The notes below the pieces were generated by a model. That model had not been told where the DNA came from, searched no databases, and was given only the letters and a program-made list of their open reading frames with translations. Positions 17,701-26,319 of a DNA stretch of 56,748 nt are shown piece by piece. Made by a program: the position numbers and the translations under genes. The DNA lies in contig PXUB01000041.1 in the NCBI GenBank assembly GCA_003009755.1, forward strand, positions 1 through 56,748, in the 5' to 3' direction. Source of the DNA: Thermoplasmatales archaeon SW_10_69_26. Lineage in GTDB: Archaea; Thermoplasmatota; SW-10-69-26. The first letter of the stretch is position 1; each line of letters begins with the position of its first letter.

Positions 17701-20700
17701 TCGATCCGCGCGGACGTGACCGTCCAGCTCAAGAAGTCGGGCGTCAAGCAATGCCAAGAGATGGCGACGGTCACCTCCTCGTCGCTCACGGAGACGACCG
17801 CCCGGTTCCCGGTCAACATCGAGTTCGACACCGGCGCGGACTGCGTGAAACGATCCGGGAACACGTGGACGCTCGACGCCGACACCGGCAGCAAGGCCGT
17901 AATCGACATCACGGTCGAAGACGACCAGGGCGCCGAGCTCCGGCAGTTGACGAACACGACGATCCGCACGACCGGCAACTCGTCCTCAACCTCCCAACCC
18001 ACGACGCCGCGCGACTTCGACCTCGTCCCCTCGCCCGAGATGCCGACCAACGGCTCCCAGTACGCCCGCGTCTCGTTCAGCGACGACGGCGTCTGGAGCG
18101 AGATCCCCAGCGGCGATGACACCCGCCACAAGGACATCCGCCTCAACGACGACGAAGGCGTGGTCGTGTCCCGCGCCAGCGACGGCGAGGACCTGACCCC
18201 GTACACGAGCTGCATGCTCGACGGCGACGCCGCCACGACCGAGAGCTGGACGCGGATCGCCCCCGTCGAGCAGCGTTCGGTCCCGATCAAGGACAACACG
18301 GACTCGATCCGTGCGACCGAAGACATCTCCGGCCTCGTCCTGCAACAAGGCAACAGCGACGAGGCCGTCAGCGTGGGACAGATCGCCCTCTACGGTTGGG
18401 GCGACGGTGACACGTTGGAGTGGAACGAAGGCTGGAACCCCGTGATGCTCCGCCTGGTGGACTCGACCGGGGACCCCGCCCAGCCGCCGACCGCCTCGGG
18501 CGCGCCGAACATCGATCTGACGTTCACGTTCGCGGTCCGCAACAACAGCGGGCTCGCGCATACGTTCGAGCTGTCCACCCAAGACGACTCGATCCCGCTC
18601 GAGCCGATGGGCCAAGGCTACTACCGTGCCGACATCTACCTGCCCACCAAGCTCGCCAACAGCAACGGCGACCTCCCCGACAAGTACGGGAACGAGACCA
18701 ATGAGGTCCCCAAGCTGTCCGACCATCCCAACGACGACAGCGCCAGCGTCGAGTACGAGGCCTGGACGCTCCACGCCGACGTCAACAGCGGAGAGAGCAC
18801 CGCCCGTCAGGACATCTCCGGCGACGCCTACTGGAGCGCCGACGACCTGGGACTGCTGACCGACACCGACGGAGCCGACGCCTTCAACGGCACGATCGGA
18901 ACCAGCGAGATCGCCGACGCCTCGTCCACCGTCCCCCGCTTCCAGACCGACGTCGACCCCTCGCAGGACCGCCACGAGGACACCCGCACGTTCGTCCACA
19001 CGATGCCCCGGTTCCTCGGCGGCCCGCTGAGCGCCGACGGAACTGACTGGGTCACCGGGCCAGGCACCCACCACGTTGGCGTCTTCATGCTCGAAGAGCA
19101 GGACGACGGCCAGCGCAACAGCGAGACGATCGGCGACAACGACACCGCCGCGCCCTACCACGAGCACACCTTCCAGCCCGTGACCGGCGCGGCCGGCAGC
19201 CTGTTCGCCGAGAACCAAGAACGCCGCTCCGTCGACCGGTCCATCTCGCTCAACAGCGACGACAACGCCAACGGGCTCTACAGCGGCATCGTGCGTCTGC
19301 CCGACACGGGCAACAGCGACGACTGGTTCGGCGAGGTCTCCATGCGGGACAGCGCCGGCGACAAGATCACGCCCTCGAGCAAGCCGTTCTTCACGTTCAC
19401 CGTGGAGCCGACGAGGGAAGCCGCCTCCCACGGGATCCCGATGCCCCTGTGCGTGTCGCCGCCTGCCGACGCCAGCCTCGACCGCGGGGACCCGGACGGG
19501 ACGGCCGGCGACTTCGACCTCGACGACCGGCGCAGCACCGTGACGCTCGATCTCCGATCGATCCCGGGCCTTCGCCCGGACCGGTTGGACTTCGCGTTCA
19601 CGCCCGTGCTGGAGTCCGGCGACGACGGCATCCGGATGCTCACCGACGACGACGAGCTGTACCCCGGCAGCACGTTCCACATCCGGGCGCCGGGCCTCGT
19701 CCAGTTGGACGACTCGCTCCTCGACGAGGAGACCGAGTCCGGTCGGGACCTCCGCGTCCGCGTCCCCGTGGACAACCCGCGGGACGTCGGCTCGATCGAA
19801 GCCTGGCTCGAGGACGACGCCGGCAACCAGCTCCGCGGGCCGGTCGAGCTGACCGACGAGGACGGCGACGAGCGCTTCACCGACGATCTGTCGATCCGCA
19901 CCTCCGACGAGGGCAACCGGACCCTCGTCGTCGAGGCCACCGACGCCAGCGGCGGCGTGACCGTGATCGAGCACCCGATCTCGATCGTCCCCAACACCGC
20001 ACCGCAGGTGACCGTCATCTCGCCGACCGGGGACACGCTGGCGATCCCGACCGACGGCACGATCTCCTTCGCCGTCGACGACAGCACCGTCGGCAGTCTC
20101 TCCGAGAGCCAACTACGCGACCAGATCACCGTCGAGCGTGCCACCGGTGACGCCGACCTCGACGGCGACGAGCTCGCCCAAGACAACATCACCGTGACCG
20201 GCATCGACTCCCGCGTCGAGACGAACGCCAGCGAGACGATCACGGTGAACATCACCGAGGAAGGCCAACCGGCGAGCGGCACCGTGTACGTGAACGTCTC
20301 TGGCGAGGAGCAGTTCAACGCCACGCTCACCGACGGGGAAGCCAGCGGCGAGGTCTCGTTCCCCGACGCGGCCGGCACCGAGCAGCTCACCGTCGAGGTC
20401 AACGGCACCGACGGGCCCAACACCTCCTTCGACGTGGAGGTCGTCGAGGCCTCCGAAGGCGACTTCTCGGAGGTGTCCGCTTCCAAGGTGGACTACACCT
20501 TCGATGGCACGACCGTCGAGGTCGACGTCTCGCCCGAGGTGGCCGACGGCGTCAGCGAGGTCGAGGCGCGGTTGACCGCGAACCTCACCAACGAACCCGT
20601 CGTCACCCAAGCCGTCACCGTGCAGATCGACGACGACGCCCCCTCGCTGACCGTCACCGTCGACGACGAGCAAGCCGGCTCGGGCACGGTCGTGGTCGGG

Positions 20701-21963
20701 CCGAGCTCGACCGTCTCCGCGACCGCCAGCGACGACCTCACCGGGGTCACCAGCTTGTCGATCGAGGGCATCCGCGACGGCGCAAGCACCGGCTCGGTGT
20801 CCGTCTCCTCGACGTCGGCGCAAGCCACGCTGCAGGAGCTGGGCATCGAATCCGGCGGTTCGGCGGCCGTCCTGGTCACCGCCGAGGACGCCGCTGGCAA
20901 CGAAGAAAGCCGCAACCTGACCGTGCAGCTCGATACCGAGCCCCCGACGGTCGGCCAACCCAGCGTCGAGGCCGCCGGCTCCTCGCTGCAGGTCACCGTC
21001 GACGTCACCGACAACAACGCCGTCTCCGACGTCCGCCTGTTCACCAAGTCGCCAGGTGACTCGACGTTCACCGACCGGGCGATGAGCTCGGCCGGCGGGT
21101 CCACCTACGAGGCCCAGGTGTCCGATCCCGGTGGCTCGGGCATCTTCGAGTACTTCGTCCGCGCCAGCGACGAGGTGAACAACCGCGCCTCGGAGGGTTC
21201 ACGGAACACGCCCTCGACCTTCGACCTGGGGAGCGTGGATCTCGACAACGCGGCTCCCGCCGTGGAGATCACCGCCCCCGAGGAGGGCGCCGTCGTGCAG
21301 GGCTCGATCGACATGACGTTCTCCGTCGAGGACCCCGAAGGCGACCAGGTCACCGTGAACGCGATCCAGGTCGAGCACGCCGGCGGCACCGACTCCGTCG
21401 ACGCCGGCATCTTGGGCACCGCGCTGGACGTGCCCGCCGAGGAGACCGTCTCCGTGGACACGACCGCCTTCGGCAACGGACCCGCGACGCTGACCGTCGA
21501 GGTCACCGACGCCGAGAACACGGTCGAGGCCAACGTCTCGGTCGAGGTGGACAACCCCACGCAGACCGGCGGATGCGAGCGCACGATCGACCTCGACGAG
21601 GATCAGGAAGCCAGCTTCGGCGACATGGCCGGCGAGACGATCTGCGTGCAGGCCGACCCGGTCGACGAGGCCACCGGCGTCCGCATCGTCCTCGCCCAGG
21701 ACGGTCAGGAGCTGTTCAACGAGACCCGTCCCGTCAGCGAGGACGGCGTCTACGAGCTGCCCGAGCTGGCGAACGGCAACTACGACATCACGCTGACGCA
21801 GTTCGAGGAGACCGAGGACGGCGAGGAACGCAGCGTCGCCACCTCGAGCGCCAGCGTGAGCCTGAGCCCGCCCAAGCCGGTCGCCCGCCTGGTGACCACG
21901 ATCGTGCTCGGGGTCGCCGTCCTCGCCAGCACGGCCTACGCCGCCTTCGGGAGGTGGAGCTGA
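14782..21963 (+). CDS. Giant (~2390 aa) acidic cell-surface glycoprotein with Ig-like/CARDB-type domains and a C-terminal membrane anchor
   Basis: Signal peptide; ENFGNAED/ENTGN motifs; D.AGN, D..PP Ig-like motifs; many N-x-S/T sequons; C-terminal LVTTIVLGVAVLASTAYAAFGRWS. Confidence 0.8.
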   Translation: MPLPSPRNDGPRSTAFYALLAMATLGLLVVVAGGVSAATINDIESYAWASDTGDHENTLNHEWVPVSEGSGAGESDRAIPSKGLALVAVNYTIDGDASEISFQYLDSGDTDDTGDDEPEEETFTYKFGDQEAPFDEDGDRVHRAANVTYFGSDGVEATTDADACDAEVSDLSAGTNGGYCWFLIELPDPSERGAFGGEGLAPDTTYNLHVDIADSTSPAQQPQRGENSDPVDLAPVEPDTEVTKAEFVNPNAPGVIETDRNIKFNMTLETQNSSDPRGTAGAGKANEGDVDAWVCLPRANILDRPYTHFSAFTSASDGWDNPPTCDIYDLPVYGDRSRGETTFTLDAYGETHTFASALTRTDNDRTGGQINDNRSYEYQFQLTEPLQTPGSDWIDEFQMTVIVRDAYGNVEYHELDDDYKGQNNGDPDNPTGPGVFKVAEFDIRPDLQQTSGDDVSTFEDEDGCYQPDDPNSDDNNPTNPCFRTLELLPPYDNIEVPFLVENFGNAEDEVSLSTSNPQEAGNQAWDVSVADPDDNQDPNSLTYPIAAAPSSSPDTSEKSTPKVIFDLPEDAVAPDNRTIEVEVDSDRATNSNPSSVFLQAKLAPNPRGELLLGPNGTEERRIDTSPDSTTSVDLAYENTGNTDGPFTFEVGSADNRCRGFNQGNDAEKVDLSLIDNGVEDNGLTISPGEDRSLTVDVDVGRDVPTGEYECDLDVTDTSAGEDVPLTPLDPTIVVEVTGTTNIELLRTTDDADRDEVNVTGQRIHQFADPADGNHSVVLYMENTGDVALEPELDTSSSVFQLVDENDLDATWRGDVNGTMDLAKAASSFKLPATDNDDRERVKISDIFEPDGALKSGEDLTDGDQWTCGGEDGDEDSDSDPRVVCRLEFQLDYSDDNAIIGDRTVYDFRWNDPSRDSDPTNATLDLDFGYPGEIATDSVSDRVVGANGQSSRVVFEAQLDEGRTFDAAQDAGDDSIRADVTVQLKKSGVKQCQEMATVTSSSLTETTARFPVNIEFDTGADCVKRSGNTWTLDADTGSKAVIDITVEDDQGAELRQLTNTTIRTTGNSSSTSQPTTPRDFDLVPSPEMPTNGSQYARVSFSDDGVWSEIPSGDDTRHKDIRLNDDEGVVVSRASDGEDLTPYTSCMLDGDAATTESWTRIAPVEQRSVPIKDNTDSIRATEDISGLVLQQGNSDEAVSVGQIALYGWGDGDTLEWNEGWNPVMLRLVDSTGDPAQPPTASGAPNIDLTFTFAVRNNSGLAHTFELSTQDDSIPLEPMGQGYYRADIYLPTKLANSNGDLPDKYGNETNEVPKLSDHPNDDSASVEYEAWTLHADVNSGESTARQDISGDAYWSADDLGLLTDTDGADAFNGTIGTSEIADASSTVPRFQTDVDPSQDRHEDTRTFVHTMPRFLGGPLSADGTDWVTGPGTHHVGVFMLEEQDDGQRNSETIGDNDTAAPYHEHTFQPVTGAAGSLFAENQERRSVDRSISLNSDDNANGLYSGIVRLPDTGNSDDWFGEVSMRDSAGDKITPSSKPFFTFTVEPTREAASHGIPMPLCVSPPADASLDRGDPDGTAGDFDLDDRRSTVTLDLRSIPGLRPDRLDFAFTPVLESGDDGIRMLTDDDELYPGSTFHIRAPGLVQLDDSLLDEETESGRDLRVRVPVDNPRDVGSIEAWLEDDAGNQLRGPVELTDEDGDERFTDDLSIRTSDEGNRTLVVEATDASGGVTVIEHPISIVPNTAPQVTVISPTGDTLAIPTDGTISFAVDDSTVGSLSESQLRDQITVERATGDADLDGDELAQDNITVTGIDSRVETNASETITVNITEEGQPASGTVYVNVSGEEQFNATLTDGEASGEVSFPDAAGTEQLTVEVNGTDGPNTSFDVEVVEASEGDFSEVSASKVDYTFDGTTVEVDVSPEVADGVSEVEARLTANLTNEPVVTQAVTVQIDDDAPSLTVTVDDEQAGSGTVVVGPSSTVSATASDDLTGVTSLSIEGIRDGASTGSVSVSSTSAQATLQELGIESGGSAAVLVTAEDAAGNEESRNLTVQLDTEPPTVGQPSVEAAGSSLQVTVDVTDNNAVSDVRLFTKSPGDSTFTDRAMSSAGGSTYEAQVSDPGGSGIFEYFVRASDEVNNRASEGSRNTPSTFDLGSVDLDNAAPAVEITAPEEGAVVQGSIDMTFSVEDPEGDQVTVNAIQVEHAGGTDSVDAGILGTALDVPAEETVSVDTTAFGNGPATLTVEVTDAENTVEANVSVEVDNPTQTGGCERTIDLDEDQEASFGDMAGETICVQADPVDEATGVRIVLAQDGQELFNETRPVSEDGVYELPELANGNYDITLTQFEETEDGEERSVATSSASVSLSPPKPVARLVTTIVLGVAVLASTAYAAFGRWS

Positions 21964-22694
21964 TGGGTGAGATCACCGTCGGCGACCGCGAGATCGACAC
22001 CGACGTCCGTCGCTGGTCGGGCGACGTCCGCCGAGACGCCTCCCTGATCCTCGGCGCCGCGGCCGGCCTGTTCCTGTTGGCCGCCCTCGTGTACTACGCG
22101 CTGAACGCGGCCGGCAGCGGCTGGTTCCTGTGGGTCGCCATCGTCGTCCTGGCCGTCCTGCTGGTCGCCGAAGCCGTCGTCCTCGCCACCGGGATCGCCC
22201 GCGAAGAGGACGTCGGCCCGCCCTGGCTGACCGGCGAAACCCAGGCCGCCAGCGCCACGGCCGAGACCGAGACGGCGGACGAGACCACCGTCGGTGGCCC
22301 CGCCAGCGCGTCCCCCGAGCCCGCCCGCGAGCCCGAGCCGGCCCCGGAGATCGACCTCCAGTGCCCCGAGTGCTCGGAGATGTTCGCCGTCGAGGACACC
22401 GGCGAGCGCCCGCTGGCCACCGAGTGCCCGCACTGTGGCGCCCAAGGCCACGTCAACCTCCCCGAGACCACGGACGAGCCCGACGACCACGACTCGACGG
22501 CCGGCGCTGGCGGAGGGGCCGTCGCCGGGGACCCGCTGGCCGGCCTCGGCGACGACGAGCCCGAGGACGAGGACGTGGAGACGATCTCGCTGGAGTGCCC
22601 GGTCTGTGACACGCAGTTCGACACCGAGGACACCGGCGAGCGCCCGCTGCGCACCGAGTGCCCCGGCTGCGGCCGCTCGGGCAAGCTCGGTTAG
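21963..22694 (+). CDS. Membrane protein with two duplicated CPxC...CPxCG zinc ribbons
   Basis: ATG overlaps the upstream TGA (TGATG); two TM helices; CPECSEMFAVEDTGERPLATECPHCG and CPVCDTQFDTEDTGERPLRTECPGCG. Confidence 0.8.
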   Translation: MGEITVGDREIDTDVRRWSGDVRRDASLILGAAAGLFLLAALVYYALNAAGSGWFLWVAIVVLAVLLVAEAVVLATGIAREEDVGPPWLTGETQAASATAETETADETTVGGPASASPEPAREPEPAPEIDLQCPECSEMFAVEDTGERPLATECPHCGAQGHVNLPETTDEPDDHDSTAGAGGGAVAGDPLAGLGDDEPEDEDVETISLECPVCDTQFDTEDTGERPLRTECPGCGRSGKLG

Positions 22695-22758
22695 GGGGCC
22701 TCGCCGGGGGCTTCGGAGAGCGGTTCCTTGAAGCCCCGGGCCCCGCTTGGGTCCCTGG

Positions 22759-24174
22759 ATGGCTCGCCGGACCAAGATCCTGGCCACGCTGGGCCCGGCC
22801 AGCGAGGACGCGGACACGATCCGGTCCATGGTCGACGCCGGGCTCGACGCCGCCCGGCTGAACTTCAGCCACGGCGAGCCCGAGGACCACCGCCAGCTGG
22901 CCCGTCGCGTCCGACGAGCCGCCGACGAGGTCGCCCGGCCGGTCTCCCTGGTCCAGGATCTGCAAGGCACCAAGATCCGCCTGCGCGAGGTCGCCGAGGG
23001 CGCCCGGTTGCAGGAGGGCCAGACGGTCGACGTGCTGGCCTCCCAAGCGTTGACCACCTCCGACCGTCTCACCGTCGACGACGTCCGCCTCGTCGAGGCG
23101 CTGGAGGACGGCAGCCAACTGCTCCTCGGCGACGGCGACCTCGAGCTCGTCGTCCGCGATGCCGACGCCGATCCACCCCGAGCCGAGGTCCTCGCCGGTG
23201 GCGGCCTCCGCGACCGCATGGGGATCACCGCCCGCGGCGTCGAGCTTCCCGGCGGGTTGACCGAGAAGGATCAAAACGACCTGCTCGTCGGCCGCGACAT
23301 CGGGGTCGACTACGTGGCCACCTCTTTCGTCGGCTCGGCCGCCGACGTCGCCAACGTCCGCGAGTTCCTCGCCGCGAAAGGCGACAAGACGCCGGTGCTG
23401 GCCAAGATCGAGCGCCGCCAGGCCCTCGACAACATCCACGAGATCGCCGACGTCGCCGACGGCATGATGGTCGCCCGCGGCGACCTGGGCCTGGCTTTGG
23501 AACCCCAGCAAGTTCCCGTCGCGCAGAAACGCATCCTGCGCGCCTGCCAGCAGGCGGGCGTGATCTCGATCACGGCGACCCAGATGCTCGAGTCGATGGT
23601 CGAGAACCCGCGCCCGACGCGGGCCGAGACCTCCGACGTCGCGAACGCGATCCTCGACGGCAGCCAGGTCGTCATGCTCTCCGGCGAGACGGCGATCGGG
23701 GCCGACCCGACCCGGGCCGTGGCCACCATGGCCGACATCGCCGAGGCGACCGAGACCGCGATCGGGGACGGCGAGCTCGAGGACGAGGCCTTCGAGGGGG
23801 CCCAACCCGGAGGCTCGCGCGACGACGCGATCGCCAACGCGGCCGTCGTGCTCGCCAACGATCTCGACGCCGACGCGATCGTGACGATGACGACGTCCGG
23901 CTCCACCGCCCTGCGCGTGGCGAAGTTCCGACCGTGGGCCCCCTTGATCGCTGCCACGCCCGACGAGGACACCTACGCCAAGCTCAGCCTCGTCTGGGGC
24001 GTGCGCCCGTTCCTGGTGCCGGAGGCGACGACGCTGGACGACATGGTGTGGGTCGCCGAGGACGCTGCCAAGGCCGTCGGCGACGTCGAACCGGGCGACA
24101 CGATCGTGGTCACGGCCGGCCAGATCGGCGTCCCCGGCACGACGAACCTGCTGCGGGTCGCCCAGGTCCGCTGA
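22759..24174 (+). CDS. pyk: Pyruvate kinase
   Basis: RRTKILATLGPAS, ARLNFSHG, DLQG.KIR, AKIE, MVARGDLG, TATQMLESM, PTRAE.SDVANAILDG, MLSGETA. Confidence 0.97.
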   Translation: MARRTKILATLGPASEDADTIRSMVDAGLDAARLNFSHGEPEDHRQLARRVRRAADEVARPVSLVQDLQGTKIRLREVAEGARLQEGQTVDVLASQALTTSDRLTVDDVRLVEALEDGSQLLLGDGDLELVVRDADADPPRAEVLAGGGLRDRMGITARGVELPGGLTEKDQNDLLVGRDIGVDYVATSFVGSAADVANVREFLAAKGDKTPVLAKIERRQALDNIHEIADVADGMMVARGDLGLALEPQQVPVAQKRILRACQQAGVISITATQMLESMVENPRPTRAETSDVANAILDGSQVVMLSGETAIGADPTRAVATMADIAEATETAIGDGELEDEAFEGAQPGGSRDDAIANAAVVLANDLDADAIVTMTTSGSTALRVAKFRPWAPLIAATPDEDTYAKLSLVWGVRPFLVPEATTLDDMVWVAEDAAKAVGDVEPGDTIVVTAGQIGVPGTTNLLRVAQVR

Positions 24175-24285
24175 GGTCCGCTCTCGTCACGATGACGATG
24201 GCAGCGGAGGCTCAGGGCCGTCCTCGTGCGAAAAACGCATGAGGTACCACGAGCCTGTCCCGCGGTAGGCGGTGACAACGTGGGG

Positions 24286-24459
24286 ATGCTCTACGTGACC
24301 TGCAAAAGGTGCGGCGAGGACTTCGCCACCGGGATCTCGGTCGGGTTCGCCGGCCGGCCGGTGCTCGGCGCCCACACCTACGAGTGCCCGGAGTGCGGGC
24401 ACGAGGACACCTACAAGGGAGACGACTACCACGAGCAACACGCCTCCCAGGAAGCCTGA
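24286..24459 (+). CDS. Small CPxCG-type zinc-finger protein
   Basis: 57 aa: CKRCG...F.T.I........YECPECGHE..Y. Confidence 0.65.
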   Translation: MLYVTCKRCGEDFATGISVGFAGRPVLGAHTYECPECGHEDTYKGDDYHEQHASQEA

Positions 24460-24462
24460 CCC

Positions 24463-25509
24463 CTACGGGCGCGTCCACTGCACCATCAGCCCGCCTTCCG
24501 GGCTGTAGACGATCCCCTGCTTGTTGACGCTGTGCGTCAACCGCACGAACCCCGACAGATCCCGAAGCGTCCACGTGTCCTCATCCTCGGAGAGCGCCTG
24601 CACCAGGTAGGGTGCGTGCGATTCGCCCGGCTCGTCGTCGTAGACGCGGTAGTTCACGCCGTACTTGAACCCCGTCTTCGGGACGAGATCGCTTGCCCGC
24701 AGCCAGCTGTAGGCCGCCAGCGCCGGCTCGGCGTCCTCCTCGTTGACGGCTTGGGTCCGCTGGTCGACGGCCTCGGTGTCCAACGCGTCGCCCTCGGGGC
24801 CGTGCAGGTCCAGGCCCGCCTGGGCGAGGTGGCGGGCTTCCGGCAAGGACAGGTACCGCTGGCCGCCGGACTCGTAGCCGTAACCGGCCTCGGCCAGGCC
24901 GGGGTCCTGGCGCAGGATGGCTCGGCGGCGAAGCAGCAGGGCCTCGCCCTCGTCGGCCACGTCCTCGGCCGCATCGGGGACCTCGCCCGTCACGTGGGCG
25001 TGGTCGATCTCGTAGTAGGTGACGTCGGACTCCTCGTCGACGACAGCCAGCAACGGTTGCCGGCCGAGGGCCTCGGCCTCGGCCACGATCTCGCGCAGGT
25101 GGGCCGGGTCGCCGGGCTCGGCCTCGCCGCGGGGAGCGATCAAGGTGGAGGGCGAGGCGTGGGCGGGGTCGGCCCCGCGCTCGTACCCGTCGAGGAACCG
25201 ATCCTCGCGGGCGTGCACGACGAAGCCCCGCGAGCGGTACTCGCGGTAGACGAGGTGCTGGGTCTCGAAATCCTCCCAGCGCCCGGTGCCCTCCGCGACG
25301 AGCTTGTCCACGGGCACCAGCGCCTGGCTGTCCGCGTCGCGGACGACCAGCCGGTCCTCCTCGACGAGGTAGGCGGCCTCGTGCAGATCCAGCTTGAGCC
25401 CCTCGTAACCGGGCTCGCCGTAGTCGCCTTTGGCTTGCAGTTGGTCGGTGGCCTCGCTGGCCTCGACCAGCACCCGGCCGTCCTCGAGGTACCCGTCGAC
25501 GCTGGCCAC
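24463..25509 (-). CDS. endA: tRNA-splicing endonuclease (two-unit alpha2 type)
   Basis: L.L.EAAYL, F....LVY...R.RG, LAVVDEESDVTYY, KTGFKYG..YRVY, HAPYLV, RLTHSVNK. Confidence 0.92.
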   Translation of the reverse strand: MASVDGYLEDGRVLVEASEATDQLQAKGDYGEPGYEGLKLDLHEAAYLVEEDRLVVRDADSQALVPVDKLVAEGTGRWEDFETQHLVYREYRSRGFVVHAREDRFLDGYERGADPAHASPSTLIAPRGEAEPGDPAHLREIVAEAEALGRQPLLAVVDEESDVTYYEIDHAHVTGEVPDAAEDVADEGEALLLRRRAILRQDPGLAEAGYGYESGGQRYLSLPEARHLAQAGLDLHGPEGDALDTEAVDQRTQAVNEEDAEPALAAYSWLRASDLVPKTGFKYGVNYRVYDDEPGESHAPYLVQALSEDEDTWTLRDLSGFVRLTHSVNKQGIVYSPEGGLMVQWTRP

Positions 25510-25515
25510 CGGCGA

Positions 25516-26319
25516 TCAGGCCCCGCCGGCGTGGTCGACGATCGCCTCGAAGAGGGCCAGCCCGTCGCCGCGAGCCTCGGGGTCCCGGCCTCGCGTCCAG
25601 TCGGGGTGCTGCCAGGCGTGCACCGCCCGGTCGGGGTGCGGCATGATGCCCAGCACGGTCCCGGTCGGGTCCGTCAAGGCGGCAACGTCGCCCGGGGACC
25701 CGTTGGGGTTCCAGGGGTACTCGCTGGAGCCCTCGGGCCCGGTGTAGCGGAAGGCGACCTGGCCGCGGTCCGCCAGCTCGTCCAAGTCCTCGACGCGAGG
25801 CAGCTCCAGGCGGCCTTCGGCGTGGGCGGAGGGGAACACGACCGCGTCCTCGCCCTCGTAGGGCTCCAGGAACGGGCAGTTCGTCTCCGAGGCCTCGAGC
25901 AGCGAGGGCCGGCACTCGTAGTGATCGGAGGCGTTCATCGTCAACGCCGCCTCGGGCTCGGCGGCCTCGTCGCCGTCGTCGCCCGGGAGCAGGCCGAGCT
26001 CGACGAGGACCTGGAACCCGTTGCACACGCCCACGATCGGGCGCTCGTCCTCGTGGAAGGCCTGCAGGGCCTCGCCGGCCTGGGCCTCGAGGCGCGCGGC
26101 GAAGATGGCGCCCGCGCGAACGTAGTCGCCGGCGGAGAAGCCACCGGGGAGGGCGAGCACGTCGTAGTCGAGCAGGTCGACCTGCTGGGTCTCCGGCACG
26201 CGGTCGGTGAGCTGCTTGATGTGCACGTAGGCCGGGTCGCCGCCGGCCTCGGCGAAGGCCCGGTGCATGTCCTGCTCGTTGTTCGTGCCCTCCATCCGCA
26301 GCACGGCGACGCGGGTCAC
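25516..26319 (-). CDS. purQ: Phosphoribosylformylglycinamidine synthase subunit PurQ
   Basis: GTNNE, LPGGFSAGDY.RAG, GVCNGFQVL, AHAEG, NPNGS, MPHPDR. Confidence 0.97.
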   Translation of the reverse strand: MTRVAVLRMEGTNNEQDMHRAFAEAGGDPAYVHIKQLTDRVPETQQVDLLDYDVLALPGGFSAGDYVRAGAIFAARLEAQAGEALQAFHEDERPIVGVCNGFQVLVELGLLPGDDGDEAAEPEAALTMNASDHYECRPSLLEASETNCPFLEPYEGEDAVVFPSAHAEGRLELPRVEDLDELADRGQVAFRYTGPEGSSEYPWNPNGSPGDVAALTDPTGTVLGIMPHPDRAVHAWQHPDWTRGRDPEARGDGLALFEAIVDHAGGA

